A DNA stretch of 64,000 nt from Callorhinchus milii (Eukaryota), in assembly GCF_018977255.1 (NCBI RefSeq), contig NW_024704743.1:79238001-79302000 (forward strand), in the 5' to 3' direction. The position numbers and the translations under genes were made by a program. Positions 37,481 to 51,354 of this stretch are shown here, one piece after another (the stretch's first letter is position 1; each line of letters starts with the position of its first letter). The notes beneath the pieces are model-generated. The model was not told the origin of the DNA. It saw only the letters and a list, made by a program, of their open reading frames with translations, and ran no database searches.

Positions 37481-37835
37481 GTGTCTGTCCTGAAATAGCA
37501 TTTTGCAACTCTAAACTTGTATCCTTGTTCCCTGCTAAAGTACTAAAAATAATAATAATAGTAATAAATATTAATATTTTTACTAATAATTAATATTACT
37601 ATTAACATACTAAAGTACTATTAAAGTAATAACAATAATCCTTGCACATTTCACATCAGGAAGATCTCTCAAAGCGTTTCAAGGGAATTACTGTTAAGTA
37701 CTGTATGGCGTCTATACTTTGAGAGCATGACTCTGTGCTGAACAGCTCAACAAGGAAAATTTTGGAGCACATCAATGGTGTTCATATATGTTCTCCCTGA
37801 AAGGGCAGTTTGTCTTATTTTCAGAATGTTTGTCA

Positions 37836-38228
37836 GCCTGGCTAAGTCAGTGGCATTTTTATTTCAGAGTCAGAAGGTTGTGGGTTCAAGACCCATGTTG
37901 CAATCTTGCCTCCCATGCAGAGCTGGGGTTGTCCTGCATTGTTGGATGTGCCGTCCTGCGGTTGAGACATTAAACCGAGGTCCCATCTGCTTGACCAAAT
38001 GGATGTTAAAGAGTTTCTTTGATGTCCTGACCAACAATCCCCCAAATAAAATTGGTCATTCACTCCATAGCTGTTGTGGGACGTTGCTGTGTGTAAATTG
38101 AGTTCTGCATTTGCCCATAACATTTACAATCACAAGACTTTCACAGTATATCCTGTAAAGTGCTTGAGACATCCTCCTGATATGGAAGGTGCAATAAACT
38201 GCTAAATCAAATGCAAGGTTTATTATTG
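37836..38228 (+). mobile_element. Older Deu-type SINE
   Basis: GAGTCAGAAGGTTGTGGGTTCAAG head, GAGACATTAAACCGAGG core, same body and tail as the other SINEs. Confidence 0.75.
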
Positions 38229-40141
38229 ATATTCCAGAGTTGGTGCTGCACATTAACAAATGTTCCTCACATAGCATCACAATGAGCATCGCCCTTAATA
38301 TAACCATAATCCTCGTTTTTAAATTCGAGGATAATAGGTCAGTGGGGAGGGCTCTTATCTCAGGTAACAGGAATTCCTGTCACAACTCAACACCAACCTG
38401 TCCCTGAGACTCCAATTGCACACAAATAACACCACCATCTACTGCCACAAGGAGCAATCACACCAGAGAAACCAGCGCCACCCTGTGGAGATGAGCTACT
38501 GCTGTAATCCCCAAAGAAACCCTTGCTGTTTGGTGGTGAAATATTACATCTCAAAACACAATTGAACCACTTCCCTTTAGTCGCTCTCTTTGTTGCATTT
38601 ACAGCATCACCAACGCCCCTCTCTGACACTTTCACCCAAATTAGTCAGACATTTCCGTGAAACCCACTCCCCTTGTTTCCATTATTCTATGCAACTGGCT
38701 TGCACAGTGCTTTCCCCCCCTCCTTTTCCAAGATAGCTCTCATTTCTCCATTTTTCCATTCAGTCACGCTCTCTCACAGGCCCACGCCCAAGCACACTCA
38801 CAGTAAGATTTAAACCCATTGCTGCAGCAGACCTCTGAGCCTTAGGCTGTGAGAAGGGGCACCTTGACTCACACAGCCTAGTACAGGAGAGGATGCAGAT
38901 TGTGGAGTTCTCAATAGTCTGAAGCTTTTGGAGGATGAAGCTGGGGATGTCAGTGACCAGGGCAGGAGGTGGAAATGGAGGAATGCGGACGTGGTCAGAG
39001 CCCAGGGGAAAGATTTGAAGGAGAGTTGAAGGTCGAACAGAACGTTGAGGTTCCTAAGGCTCCATGAGTTGAAAGTGAACAACTGCGAAGTTATTTAAAA
39101 TATACAGTCAATTCACTTTACAGTGAAGTGCTTTGAGTCGTTTCGAAGACGTGATAAGGCACTATAGCAAATGGAAGGATTATTATTATTATAGCACTTT
39201 TCACATTGGGAAGATGTGTCAAAGTGCTTCACACAACTGACAGGGAGTCTGAACTGGGGGAGGGGAGAGGTGGCTGAAGGTGGAAATAGTGGGGGTTAAG
39301 ATGAAGGACTCCAGAATAAAATATAATACAATTTATACTTTTACAACACTGTTCAACAACAACAACTTGCATTAATATAGCGCCCTTCACGCGGGATAGT
39401 GTATGAGAATTCTTAAGCATTCATATTATGAGGACATCCTAAATTGCCTGACAATTTCTGCCTGGGCACGGGAGGTGAGGAGAGGAAAGATGACCAGAAG
39501 CACAGACAAAGCGGTACATTTTTAGATGTCCTTTGAAAGTGGGGAAGAGCGAGGGAGTAAATCGGAGGGGCCTGAGTTCCAGAGAGCAGTGCTAAGTGGT
39601 TGAAAGCTCACCCTCTGATGGTGGTGCAGATAGAGTGGGGGTCATGGAGTAGACTAGTGCCGGATGGATCTTCCAAGATAATTCCAGGAAGAGAAGGCAG
39701 ATTTAGCTGAGACAATGGTGCACTGGTTACGTTTGGTGTAGTCCAGCCCAATCTGCCTAAGGACCTTGAGGCTAAATGTAAGCCAGATGCACACAACAGC
39801 ATGAGCCTGGGGTTTCATGGAGCCTGCGCTAGGTGGGTGCTGTGTCAGGGGGCTTTCTGATGATAAGCCGTTGTGCAGGAATTGGTAGGAATGAGGTCCA
39901 AGATGGTGGTGACAGAGTTAACCAGCAGGTCAAAGAAGAGCAGTCGAAGTCTAGGTGGGCAGAGAGCCATATGGGCAGGATTTTGAAGGACTCAAGGTTT
40001 TTGTGTGCTAGTAGTAGTGGGGGGGCGAGGCAATTTTAGGGGTGAACAATGATGGGGGTTGAGGGAAATAAGGGAAATGAAGGAATCATCAGAGATGCCT
40101 TTAATATTCTTTGTTAAGCATTGTGCATCGTGAGACATTAA

Positions 40142-40840
40142 ACAACAACAAGATTACATTTGTATAGCGCCTTTCACGTCAGGAGGACGTCCCAGGACGC
40201 TGGACAGTGTACAGCAATTCAGTCCCGAGCTGGGGTCAGGGAGGAAGAAAGGAGGGGAGGGGAAGGGGGGTGGCCCATGGCATGGTCGAAGAGGAGGGTT
40301 TTGAGGCGGGACTTGAAGGAGGCTAAGGAGGGGTCGTGGTGGAGTGATGGGGGATGGAGTTCCAGAGATTGGGGGCAGAGTGGCTGAAGGCTCTCCCGCC
40401 AATGGTGGGGCGGGTGGGTCAGGGGACATGGAGCAGGCCAGAGCCGGCTGAGTGGAGGGAGCGGGCGGGTTGGTAGGGGGTTAGGAGGTCGCAGAGGTAG
40501 GGTGGGGCGAGGCCATGGAGGGCTTTGTATGTGAGGACCAGGATCTTGAACTGGATCCCCTGAAGGATAGGGAGCCAATGGAGTCGGGCGAGAGTGGGGG
40601 AGATGGGGTCACGGAGTTTGGTGCGGGAGAGGACACGGGCTGCACAGTTCTGGATTATCTGCAGCCTGTGGAGGGAGGAGTTGGGAAGGCCGACAAGCAG
40701 TGCGTTTGCATAGTCGAGCCTGGATGTGATGAAGGCATGAACAAGAATTTCAGCGGCCTGAGGGGTGAGGTAGTGGCGGAGTCGGGCGATGTTACGGAGG
40801 TGAGGGAAGGCAGAGCGGGTCATGGCTTGGATGTGGGGGA
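40142..40840 (-). mobile_element. L2 3' fragment
   Basis: ORF 40419..40823 [32 protein letters not shown]; (CAA)n tail. Confidence 0.92.
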
Positions 40841-41269
40841 GAAAAGACAGAATCCAAATACAAGGATTATTATTATTATTATTATTATATTAAAAATCTA
40901 ATTCCCTCTTATTAGAATTTATGGATTCTGGTTCAAACAACAATTTGTGGGGGAGAATGCTACACTCCAGTCAATTTTCATAAAGACTTGGTGACAATGT
41001 GAAGTCATGCTCACTTTCACAAAACCACGGGCACATTGTTCATCTGAGTCACCACCTGTCTGTAGCCAGAATGCAGACACACAACAGTGGTCCCACTCAT
41101 GTGGATTGGGTGTCTGTCGAGGGGATTACTTTGGGCAATGTTGACCAACCTGTTTGGTTGGCCAACAAAATACAATTTCTTGATTGAGTATTTCCTGATT
41201 TATGCCTTAAATCAAGAAATATTCAAACAAGAAAAACAACTGGAAACAAAACCAGAGGACACGCCCCTC

Positions 41270-41540
41270 GATTGAAAGGGGTAAATTCAGAACAAATCTA
41301 CACAAATGCTATTTCAGTGAGCGAATAGTGAACCTGTGGAACAGGCTCCCTAGAGAGATGGTTGAAGCAGGAAGTGTTGATTCTTTCAAACACAGGTTAG
41401 ATAGTTTTCTTTTAGGAAATAACATTATGAGATATAGTACATAGATAGTTTGGGACATTTGTGCATGCGACAGCCGGGAAGGTGGAAGGCAATCTAGATG
41501 GACTTTGATTTTTTTGTCTAGCATTTCTTATGTTCTTATG
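41270..41540 (+). mobile_element. CR1 3' fragment
   Basis: KGGKFRTN..YFSERIVNLWNRLP; tail TTCTTATGTTCTTATG. Confidence 0.8.
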
Positions 41541-42781
41541 TAAAACATTAATGTAAGACAGAGTTACCTAGACGAGTGCGAATGTTCGGAGGGCCTCTTG
41601 ACGGCCCCACAGGCCATGGGGTGGCCACCACTGTCCTTGGTTGAGGAGAAATTGCTGCTAAAAGAACCAAAACCTATAACAACTCAAACTGTACATCAAG
41701 TTAAATTCATAATCAGCTTGATAATCAGAATACAGGGCTCTTAAAATGTGGTGCACTCAACATCACTCCTTCATGAAGGAAAGTATTCTGTTTCAAAGTA
41801 AAAGTAAAAGATCATAGAACTTAGATAATTATTAGGGGAGGACAAGTTTGCAAGCCTATGGAGAGAGAGCGGGGGAGTGGGATTAAATTGGTTTGCTCTT
41901 TTCAAAGAGCCGGCAAAGACATGATGGACTGAATGGCCTCCTTCTGTGCTGTATAATTCTGTGGTTCTATGATAATTAATATGGAGGGAAAACTCAGAGT
42001 GGATATTAGTGTCTCAATATCTAGAGCAGTGACACTTTCTGCTGAACCTAATGGGCATTGCATTCTTCAACAGGTGCACAGAAATCATTTGAGAACTCTG
42101 AAGACTATAATGGATAAGTGGGTATTGCTGACCGGGTTAGTTCTGTTAACTGCTGGGGCAGGACACTGGGAACATTGTCTACAGTTAGCATTGGGAGGAT
42201 GGTATAAAGAATTGTATTTCTTAGGGTTATTGATTGAACCTTTGGACGACGCATTGAGGAAATGGAACATTTGTAACACTTTTTTTCTCTCTAAGTAGCA
42301 CTTGCTGATGCTTATTTATAGGGTGTTGCAGAGCACTTCAAGCAATTTGCAAACGGCCTCGCCTATGAATTAAAATAATGTAATTTAGTTCAAAGCCTAC
42401 TGGTAATGACTGGACAAAGCACAAACTATGACTTTGTGCATGGCTTTTTTATTGAGGACAGACAGTAAAATTGCATTGTTCTTTTTTTAACAAACTCCCC
42501 TCCCTCGAGCTTTCTAAAGCTGTTACTTCATGAAATTGTATAAGGCCATTGTAATGTAGGTGACATTCTCACAGGAAGTGTGACCACAAGACTTTACCAA
42601 GGTGATTGGGTTTCAGATGATCAGCCAGATAGTCAATATGACTGAAACAAATTACCCAAAGTGTCTGTAACAGTAAAAGGAATCAAGAAACCATTAAGTG
42701 TGCAGGTTTTAAAGCACAGAAACAGAACAGCAACAATGATGCAATGGGACACATGTTCACCAACATCTCTGGGGTATTTTA

Positions 42782-43200
42782 AATAATAATAATCCTTACT
42801 TTTAATACAGAACCTTTCACAATGGGAGGATGTCTCCAAGTGCACACAGGATATAATGTAAAGTGCAGTGGCTGTTTTGCAGGTGAATACAGCAGCCAAA
42901 TTGCACAAAGTAATGTCCCACAAACAGTCATGAATTAAATGACCAATTTTATTTGGGGGATTGTTTACCAGGACACTTCTCTTTTCAGATAGTGCCATGG
43001 GATCTTTAAAGTCCATCTGAACAAGCAGAGAGGACCTTGGTTTAACGTCTCATCCGAAGGACGGTACCACCAACAATGAAGCACATACCCCAGCAATGCA
43101 TCAGAGTGTCAGTTTAGACTATATTAGTTCTAAGTCTTGACATAGGTTTGAAGGTTACAACCTTCTGACTCCGAGGCGAGAGTGCGACTGACTGAGCTGA
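42782..43200 (-). mobile_element. Older Deu-type SINE
   Basis: Reverse complement of the 37836-type element; GGTTTAACGTCTCATCCGAAGGACGG core. Confidence 0.8.
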
Positions 43201-43623
43201 CACATAAATATAATTTTAAATATCCTTTTAAGCATATGATAAACAAAAGAAAGCTATGCAGGTCTCAGAATATTTACTGTATGTTTATTGCAATAAAAAT
43301 ATGCTAGGTGTGTAACATTTTACATTTGTTTTCAAAAGCCTTCTATCCCTACTTGTCAAACAGAGTCACTGCCAAATGGCAGGTGAGCAGCTTACCCAAT
43401 ACCATTGGGGTGTATGGAAGAGAGTCCTAGAGTGAATTGCCTCCCTGGCCTCAGTTAGGTATTTCTCCACAGCTTGACTGCTCAGGGCTGTAACAACAAT
43501 TTCCATTCTAGCCCCTTACTCCTTTTTTGGTTCAACATCTCACCCGAAGTACGCCATTTCTGACATTGCAACACTCCCTCGGCAGCCTAGATTCAGTGCT
43601 TGAACCCGTAAGCTTCTGACTCA

Positions 43624-44462
43624 TAGATTCATAGAATGTTACGGCACAGAAGGAGGCCGTTCGGCCCATCGAGTCTGTGCGGCCCTTTGACAGAGCAAGT
43701 CACTTTCACTAACCCCAATCACCAGCTTTCTCCTGCAAACCCGTCTTCCCCAGATACCTATCCAGTTCTCTCTTAAAAGCTGTTATCGAATCGGACTTCA
43801 CTACCCTTTCAGGCAGATCATTCCAAATTCGAACAACTCGCTGAGTGAAAAAATTTCTTCTAACCTCCCCTCTGCTTCTTTTGGTAGATACCTTAAGACT
43901 GTGACCACGGGTCACAGACACACCTACCAGCGGAAACAGCTTTTCCCTATCTAGCCTGTCGAAACCTTTCATGATCTTGAAGACCTCTATCAGGGCCCCG
44001 CGTAACCTTCTCTGCTCTAATGGGAAAAGTCCTAACTTCTCCAGCCTGTCCTCATAGCTAAGGTTCCCCATTCCTGGTATCATTCTCGTGAATCTCCTCT
44101 GCACCCTTTCCAGTGCCTTAATGTCCTTCCTGAAGTAAGGTGCCCAAAACTGGACGCAGTACTCCAGCTGAGGCCTAACCAGTGTTTTGTATAGATTAAC
44201 CATAACCTCCTACTCTTATACTCTATGCCCCTACTAATAAAGCTCAGTACACCAAATGCCTTTTTTACTGCCTTATCTACCTTTTATGATTCGTTTACTT
44301 GAACACCCAGATCTCTCTGTACGTTCACCCCCCTTAAGATTGAGCTACCAAGTCTATATTGCCTCCTATCATTTTTCCTACCTAAGTGTATCACCTCACA
44401 CTTATCCACATTGAAATCCATCTGCCACATGTCAGCCCATTCCACCATTCTGTGTATGTCTG
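43624..44462 (-). mobile_element. Young CR1 LINE 3' fragment
   Basis: ORF 43709..44203 LYKTLVRPQLEYCVQFWAP...LERVQRRFTRMI; TSD TGACTCA at 43617 and 44467. Confidence 0.93.
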
Positions 44463-44884
44463 TGTGTGACTCAGAAGCAAGAGATTTACCAAGCGAGTCT
44501 GACGCCTACTTTGTGCCACTTTTGTACTTTATAGCATATGAGGATATCAAGTTGCTGTGTTTAAGGTATGCCCTCTGCTGGATTATAGATTGAAAGTCAA
44601 TGATGACCTACCTGGGACCGGAGCAAAATGGTACGCAAAAATGTAAGCATGAAATTGTTTGGTATTCTACACAATAACCAATTATATAGCATTTTAGAGC
44701 ATCTCAAAGTGCAACACAGGGTTTTACTGTGAAGTGTAGTGACTGTGTGTCTTGTAGACGAAGATGTCAACCTAGTTGTGCGCAGCAATTTCCCACAAGC
44801 ATCCATGAGGTGAATCATCAATTTATCTAGAAGACTATTGGCCTGCACAGTGGGAAAATTCCTTCCTCTTTCTGAAAAAATGTC

Positions 44885-45320
44885 AACATCAACTTGCATT
44901 TATATAATGCCCTTCATGCAGGGCAGCGGAATGCTTGACAGTGGTGGAGTCTGACCCTGAGCCGGGGGAGAGGGAGAGGGAGGTTACCGTAAGCACGATC
45001 AAAAAGGAAGGTCTTTAGATGGGATTTGAAGCTGGGGAGGGAGGGGGCAAGGTGGAGGGATTGAGGGAGAGAGTTCCAGAGTTTTGGGACGTCGTGGCTG
45101 AAGCCACAGCCACCGATGGTGGAGCGGAGGGGGGCGAGGGGCAAATAGGAGGCCGGAGCCGGCCGAGTGGTTGGTGGAGTAGGGGGTAAGCAGGTCGGAT
45201 AGGTAGGGAGGTGTGAGGGCATGAAGGGATTTGAAAATGAGTGAGAGGATCTTGAAATCGATCCATTTGATAATTGGGACCAGTGAAGCCGGGCAAGGGC
45301 TGGTGTGATGGGATCTTTAA
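44885..45320 (-). mobile_element. L2 3' fragment
   Basis: PITPALARLHW...KLWNSLP...FKSHLKTFLF. Confidence 0.85.
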
Positions 45321-46096
45321 CTTGAACAATCAAATGGCACCTCGGTTTACACTCTTGCCTTAATAATGACCTTGAGGCTAAAATGATCAACTTCTGTGTG
45401 ATACATTACGTGACAATACAGAGCCCAATCCATATGGAGATGCATCAAACATGTGGTTTGGTTTCAGTGTGAATTATAGTGCTTACTTAAACACTGCCAA
45501 TTGCTTTGCTTAGGGAATTTCATAGCCAACACTTAAGCAATTTCTGAATTTAAAGTACAAATTAAACCCAAGTATCATAATTTAAAGTGCTTCAAGTCTA
45601 TATTTGCAGATACCTCATTGCAGCTTGTAGTATAGTATTAGCAAAAGCCCTGGAGTACTTTCTTAAATGACCATTTGGCCAAAGAATGGAACCACCCCAG
45701 AGGTGAAATTAACATGACTCTTAGGGAAAGGTCAAAGAGGTCCAAGCCACAGGTAAGAAGACTTTCATGAGAGTCAAGGAGTATCATATCACAGAATCAT
45801 AGAATTATACAACACAGAAGGAGGCCATTCGGCCCATCGTGTATGTGTCAGCTCTTTGAAAAGAGCTATCCAATTCAATCCTACTCCCCCACACTCTCCC
45901 CATAGCCTTGAAAATTTGTCCTCCCCATGTCTACATTCAGTTGCAGAAAATTTGCGCTCATCCAGGCCTTGGATATCTTACAGACAAGCAGACAGAACAT
46001 CAGCGGACCTGGAATCACAGCTGGACGAGAAGAAGTAGATTTGGATGTATCTGTATACATGTGAAAGTTAACCCTGCAGATAATATCACTGTCTGT

Positions 46097-46402
46097 GGAG
46101 TCCTGTAGCTCAATGGTTAGAGCATTCGCTTTGCAAGCGAGACACCTGGGTTCAATTCCAGGTAGGGCAAAACCTTGGGCAAGTTTCCTTACTCCACACG
46201 CCTAATAATAATCCCTCCAAAAACAAAAACAATAATAAATTGGTCATTTTCAATCCACGTCTGTTTGGGGGACACTACTGTGCACAATTGGCTGCCGCGT
46301 TTCGCCTACAGATATACATTCAATTCACTTTACAGCATATTCTATGAAGCGCTTTGAGACGTCTAGAAGATGTGAAAAGCTCTATATCAAATGCAAGAAT
46401 TA
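46097..46402 (+). mobile_element. tRNA-Ala-headed SINE, full length
   Basis: Same family as 2957 and 29665, more diverged. Confidence 0.88.
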
Positions 46403-47786
46403 AAAAAATGTTAAGTGAGGAAAAGGAGGGGACCAAGGATTGAGCCTTGGGGTACCCTGTAAGTGACTGTGCGGGGGCGGGAGGAAAAAACTTTTAGGAG
46501 ACAAAGTTGGTTAAGTAGGACTCGAACCAGGCGGTTCCGCTATGGTGGAAGTGGGAGGAGAGATGGTGGAAGATGGCATGGCTGTATCGAACATAGCAGA
46601 GATGTCCAGGAGGACAGAACCCAGTCACACAGTGAGTGGACGTCATTAGTAACTTTGATAAGCGCCGACTCTGTGCTGAGGGCAGGGTAGAAACCGATTG
46701 GAGGGGCTCGAACAGGGGGTGGAGGGAGAGAAATGTGTTATTATTTACACAGAATGTGTAAAATAATCATGAAGTATAATTTCATTCATTGCAGATTGGG
46801 CAATAGTCATTAATATTTATGAACATTTACATTAATACAGATAAGATCATTTTATGAGAACTGAAATATTTCAGTTTCCTTTTCCTATTTCAGTTTCCTT
46901 TTCCTATAATCACACAATGCATTGTTGTGAAAATTGGTTCTAATAGCTTTGTTTTTCACAAGCACTTTAACCCTAATGAGTAATAATTACATTGCTTGGC
47001 TTTAAAAACCCATTCGCCCATTACCCAGTAATCTTACTGCTGAGAAATAAAGGCTCCAGGAAATTAGGAGGCATGAACTGCAAAATCCATGTTGCTGCAA
47101 CACTTCAATGCACCTCTTCCTGCTTGTAGAATTAGAAGGCGTTAAAGTATGACCAATGCTAACAATACACTATACTTCCTGTTAGTGCAACCTCCCCAGA
47201 GGTGAAATAAACACAACTCAGTCTGTTATTCTGCACCCTGCATTGGGAGAACTTGTAAGTGAATCTGTGATAGGGAGTCAATTTGCAAGATTCCAATCTC
47301 CCATCGCTGCGAGGTGGTGCTCTCACACATGATCAGGTGAACTCAATAGTTATTTAGTCAAATTGAAAACGAAGCAAGATGTACAAAGTATTTCGCTGGT
47401 TAGCCTCTAGTCGTATCCCAATGCACACATTGGGGTCCCAAGTCTACGCTCTTGACAACCTGTGCCCAATATTTTCTGGAATTAATTAAGCAGGATGGGT
47501 CCCTCCAGGAAGAGAGTGCGCATTCCAATAAAAATCTCTGGAATTTCCATGTATAGTGGGATGCATGGAATTCTCAGTTTGGCTACTGTTAAGCATGGTG
47601 ATGGATTTCTGCATGTGTCAGAGACCCAATTGACAAAAAAAGGGAGATTTGCTAAAGGATGTGCAAGTACTGGCTGAGGATTTAAATTTACAAAATGAGT
47701 GTCACATCAAGACAGTTTCCAAATATCATCCAGTTAGATAGTTATCATCAAAAGCAATGATTTTACTTTCTTCACAAGATCATAAG

Positions 47787-48082
47787 CCTGTCTCAGTGGT
47801 AGCACTCTCGCCTCTGAGTCAGAAGGTTTGGGGTCCATCTGACTGTTCAGGTGAACGTTAAAGATCTCATGAGACTATTCAAAAAGAGAAGAGAGTGTCC
47901 TGGCCAACAATCCCTCAAATAAAATTAGTCACTCACTCCATGGCTATTCATGGGACATTGCTGTGTGCAAATTGGCTGTCCTGTTCGCCCACACAATACA
48001 CAGTCAATCCACTTCACAGCATATCCAGTGAAATGCTTTGAGACATCTCGACGATGTGATAAGATGCTATATCAAATGCAAG
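47787..48082 (+). mobile_element. Older Deu-type SINE with internal deletion
   Basis: GCCTGTCTCAGTGGTAGCACTCTCGCCTCTGAGTCAGAAGG head plus shared body and tail. Confidence 0.75.
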
Positions 48083-48894
48083 ATCAGTTCAGATGAGGAA
48101 TCCCCTCCCGACTCTGAAATCACTGACTCATGCTGTCAGGTGGTTTCATGGGTCCCTGGAAGCCTTTGGTGCCTTCCTCACGTGTGATCAGTATCAGATG
48201 ATGAGTGTCAGCAGGCTACACTGTAAATGATTCCAGGCCTTTCAGCCAATTTGGTCACATCCTTCCAGAATACCCACCATACCGAATCCCTATCATAATT
48301 GAGTCCAATATCCTAGCAACACGTTCCAGTCATCAATTGCCCTCCAACCACCATACAAACATTTGGGGGTTATTCGGCTCTGCTCACTCAACATTGCAAA
48401 TTCATGTGGGTTATGTTCTATCTACTCAATTTAGCAAATTTGTCCCCGTACACTTTAAAATGAATGAAATGCAATGATAAATTATAAAGTAATATAAAAT
48501 TGCATAAGATAAATTTAGCTATTTTTTAGCGAACAGAGCAGTCTCAATGAATTGTCTACATGGGACAGAATTAGCCACAACTTATTATGATATCATCCAG
48601 CAGAACTTGCTTGGTTAAGTTACTGAGCCAGAACCCAATGCTTGTGCAAATTCAGCTATAAAAAGATTAACCGCAGCAGAGCAACTAGATCTGATGGCAG
48701 TCTGTCTGCACAGTAAGATTTTGTGCAACTAGCATTCTGTGAAACAGTTTTTTAGTGTAAAGTCTACATATGCATGATTATCCTGAGTCTTATTTTCTGG
48801 TGTGAACTAATTAATCACTAAGCAAAACTGGCCACAAAGAAAATCAGTAAATTTAATAAATATGCAGAAAAATAATAATATAATTTTAATAATA

Positions 48895-49530
48895 TATAAT
48901 CCTTGCATTTTGACATAGCAACTTTCATACCAGGAGAACATCTCAAACTGCTTTGCAGGCCTTACTGTAAAGTGTATCAACTGTGTATTTGTAGGTGAAT
49001 TGGTTTCAGACGTCAATTTGTACACAGCAATGTCCTACAAACAACCATGAAGTAAATCACCAATTTTATTTCGGGGATTGTTGGCCAGGAAACCAGGAGA
49101 AACTCCTTTCTCTTCTTGAATAGTGTCATGGGAACTTTAACGTCCACCTGAACAGTCAAGTGGGATCTCAGGTTAACATCTCATCCAAAAACTGTACCTT
49201 GAACAATGCCTTCTACCACTCTGCCCCCACCCTCTGGAACTCCATCCCGCAGTCCCTCCATCTCCTTTGCCTCCTTCAAGGCCCATCTCAAGACCCTCCT
49301 CTTCGACTATGCTTTCGATCTCCCAGGTTCTCCCCATGCCCTCCACCCTCCCCAATCCTGACCCCCAGCTCGGGTCTGAAGCGCTGACTGTCCAGCGCCT
49401 TGGGATGTCCTCTCGACGTGAAAGGCGCTGTACAAATGTAATTTTGTCGTTGTTGTTGCAAGGCTCCCCCAGCAGTCTATTATAATGTCAGTTTAGACTA
49501 AGGATCCAAATCCCTAACGTGGAGCTTGAA
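48895..49530 (-). mobile_element. Deu-type SINE (-) interrupted by an L2 3' fragment (+, 49207-49458)
   Basis: SINE sequence continues on both sides of the L2 tail. Confidence 0.75.
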
Positions 49531-50937
49531 TACATAGGCACTGGCTGACTGGCGAGTTTGTTGAAATACATTAAAGTGAGCCCTTTGAAGGAGAAGCAAG
49601 TTTAAAAAGGGGAGTACCTTAAGATATAATATATTAATCCTTGCTTTTAATACAGTGCCTTATCATGGCATTGAGTCAACTCAAAGAGCTTCACAGAATA
49701 TACTGTGAAGTGTAGTGACTGTGTATTTCAACTATCATATTAAAATTTATAATTGTCGCAAAATCTTCACTTTTTGAGGCTATCTGGGACCCAGCTCTTC
49801 TGCTGTTAAATAGCTCCAGTGACCCTTCGTACAGACTGCAAGAGACATTTGGTTGAAGAAGGTCCTTTGGCTCATGTAATCTCATCAGTTCTGGTTGCTG
49901 AGACATAAGAAGCTGCCTAGGCCCTAGAGTCTGTATGGAGAAAAGCAATTGATGAGATTGAATCCAACAACAACAACAAGATTACATTTGTATAGTGCCT
50001 TTCACGTCGGCAGGACGTCCCAAGGCGCTGGACAGAGTGCAGCATTTCAGTGATGGAATGAAGAGCCAAGAAGAAGAATTGGTTAAACTGGGGCTCTTCA
50101 TCTTATGAAAGACACAACGTAGAGAAGTATAAGATTTCAGTGTATTCCAAAAATATTATTACACATTGTCACCTCCCAGCTATGCTCCTTTCTTTCAATC
50201 AACTTCCTGTATGAGTCTCTCCAATGGGGCTACTGCCTTGCCCACATCGCTGTGACCGACCTAGTTAAAGTCACTCACGACGTTCTCTCTACGACTACTT
50301 TTAACAGCGCAACACTCCCCCAACAGCCTATTAGAGTGTCAGTTTAGACTGAAAATCCCAAATCCTGTTGTGGAGCTTGAATATACTCCTCTCTGTCTGG
50401 ACCAAGGCTCCCTTGTCCACCTAGATCTCTCTGTCATTTAAAATTGTTGACCACTCCACTGTTTCTTCTCCCTGGTACATTTCCTCCACACTTTCCTCGT
50501 TTCCTTTTTACCAGTCCCAGGACCCTGACTATGTCTCCTCTAAAGCTTCTCCTCCTGCGCCCACAATTATGCTGTTCCTTAGAGCTGTAACCTCTCAGTC
50601 CTGTCAGACTTCAAGTCCTGCTTGCTCCAACTTATTATTGACAGAACTCAGGCTATTCTGCTCGGCTCCTCCCAGTGTCTCCTCCCCTCCAATGCTGACT
50701 GTATCAAACTCCCTGCTGCTCACTCCAGCCTGAGGCATTTTGTTTGATCTTGAACTCTCCTTTCATCCAGATCTGTGACCAGGTCTACTTTCCTCCATCT
50801 CTGCAACATCGCTTGCCTTGTGACCTCCTTCAACCCTAGCAAGCTGGCCGCTCCCAGTGCTCAGTAAGCACTGCTCTGCTTCACAGCTCCCACTGCAGCT
50901 GCCCCACTATCGGTGGCCATTCTGGAATCCTCCATTG

Positions 50938-51295
50938 TGGAGTCCTGTAGTGTATTGGTTAGAGCACTTGCCTTACAAGCCAGATTAATTCCTGGGCAGG
51001 GCGAAAACATTAGGCAAGTTTCCTTTTTTCCCACGTCTTTGTTTTCCTAGCAGTAAGTAAGAACCCGGTTGTTATTCACTTGACGGATCACTTTTCTGGG
51101 AGTAATAATTCCTTAAAAAAAATAGTAATTTGGTCCCTCAATCTACAACTGTTTGTGGGACACTACTGCGTGCAACCGGATGCCACATTTCACCCACAAA
51201 ATATACAGTCAATTTACTTTAGAGTATATTCTGTGAACGCTTTGAGATGTCTCAAAGATGTGATAAGGCGCTATATCAAATGCAAGGATTATTAA
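50938..51295 (+). mobile_element. tRNA-headed SINE inside a decayed L2
   Basis: GGAGTCCTGTAG head to CAAATGCAAGGATTATT tail. Confidence 0.82.
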
Positions 51296-51354
51296 TATTT
51301 TTATTTTACCCCCACTCTCTGGAACTCTCTCCCAAAGTATTTAAAACAACTCTA

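Noticed and set aside
46868..46907. 19-bp tandem duplication (similar small one near 36542)
   Set aside because: Ordinary slippage duplication
47500..47517. 18-mer TCCCTCCAGGAAGAGAGT repeated at 62579-62596
   Set aside because: Flanks do not extend the match; chance or an unrecognised repeat cannot be excluded
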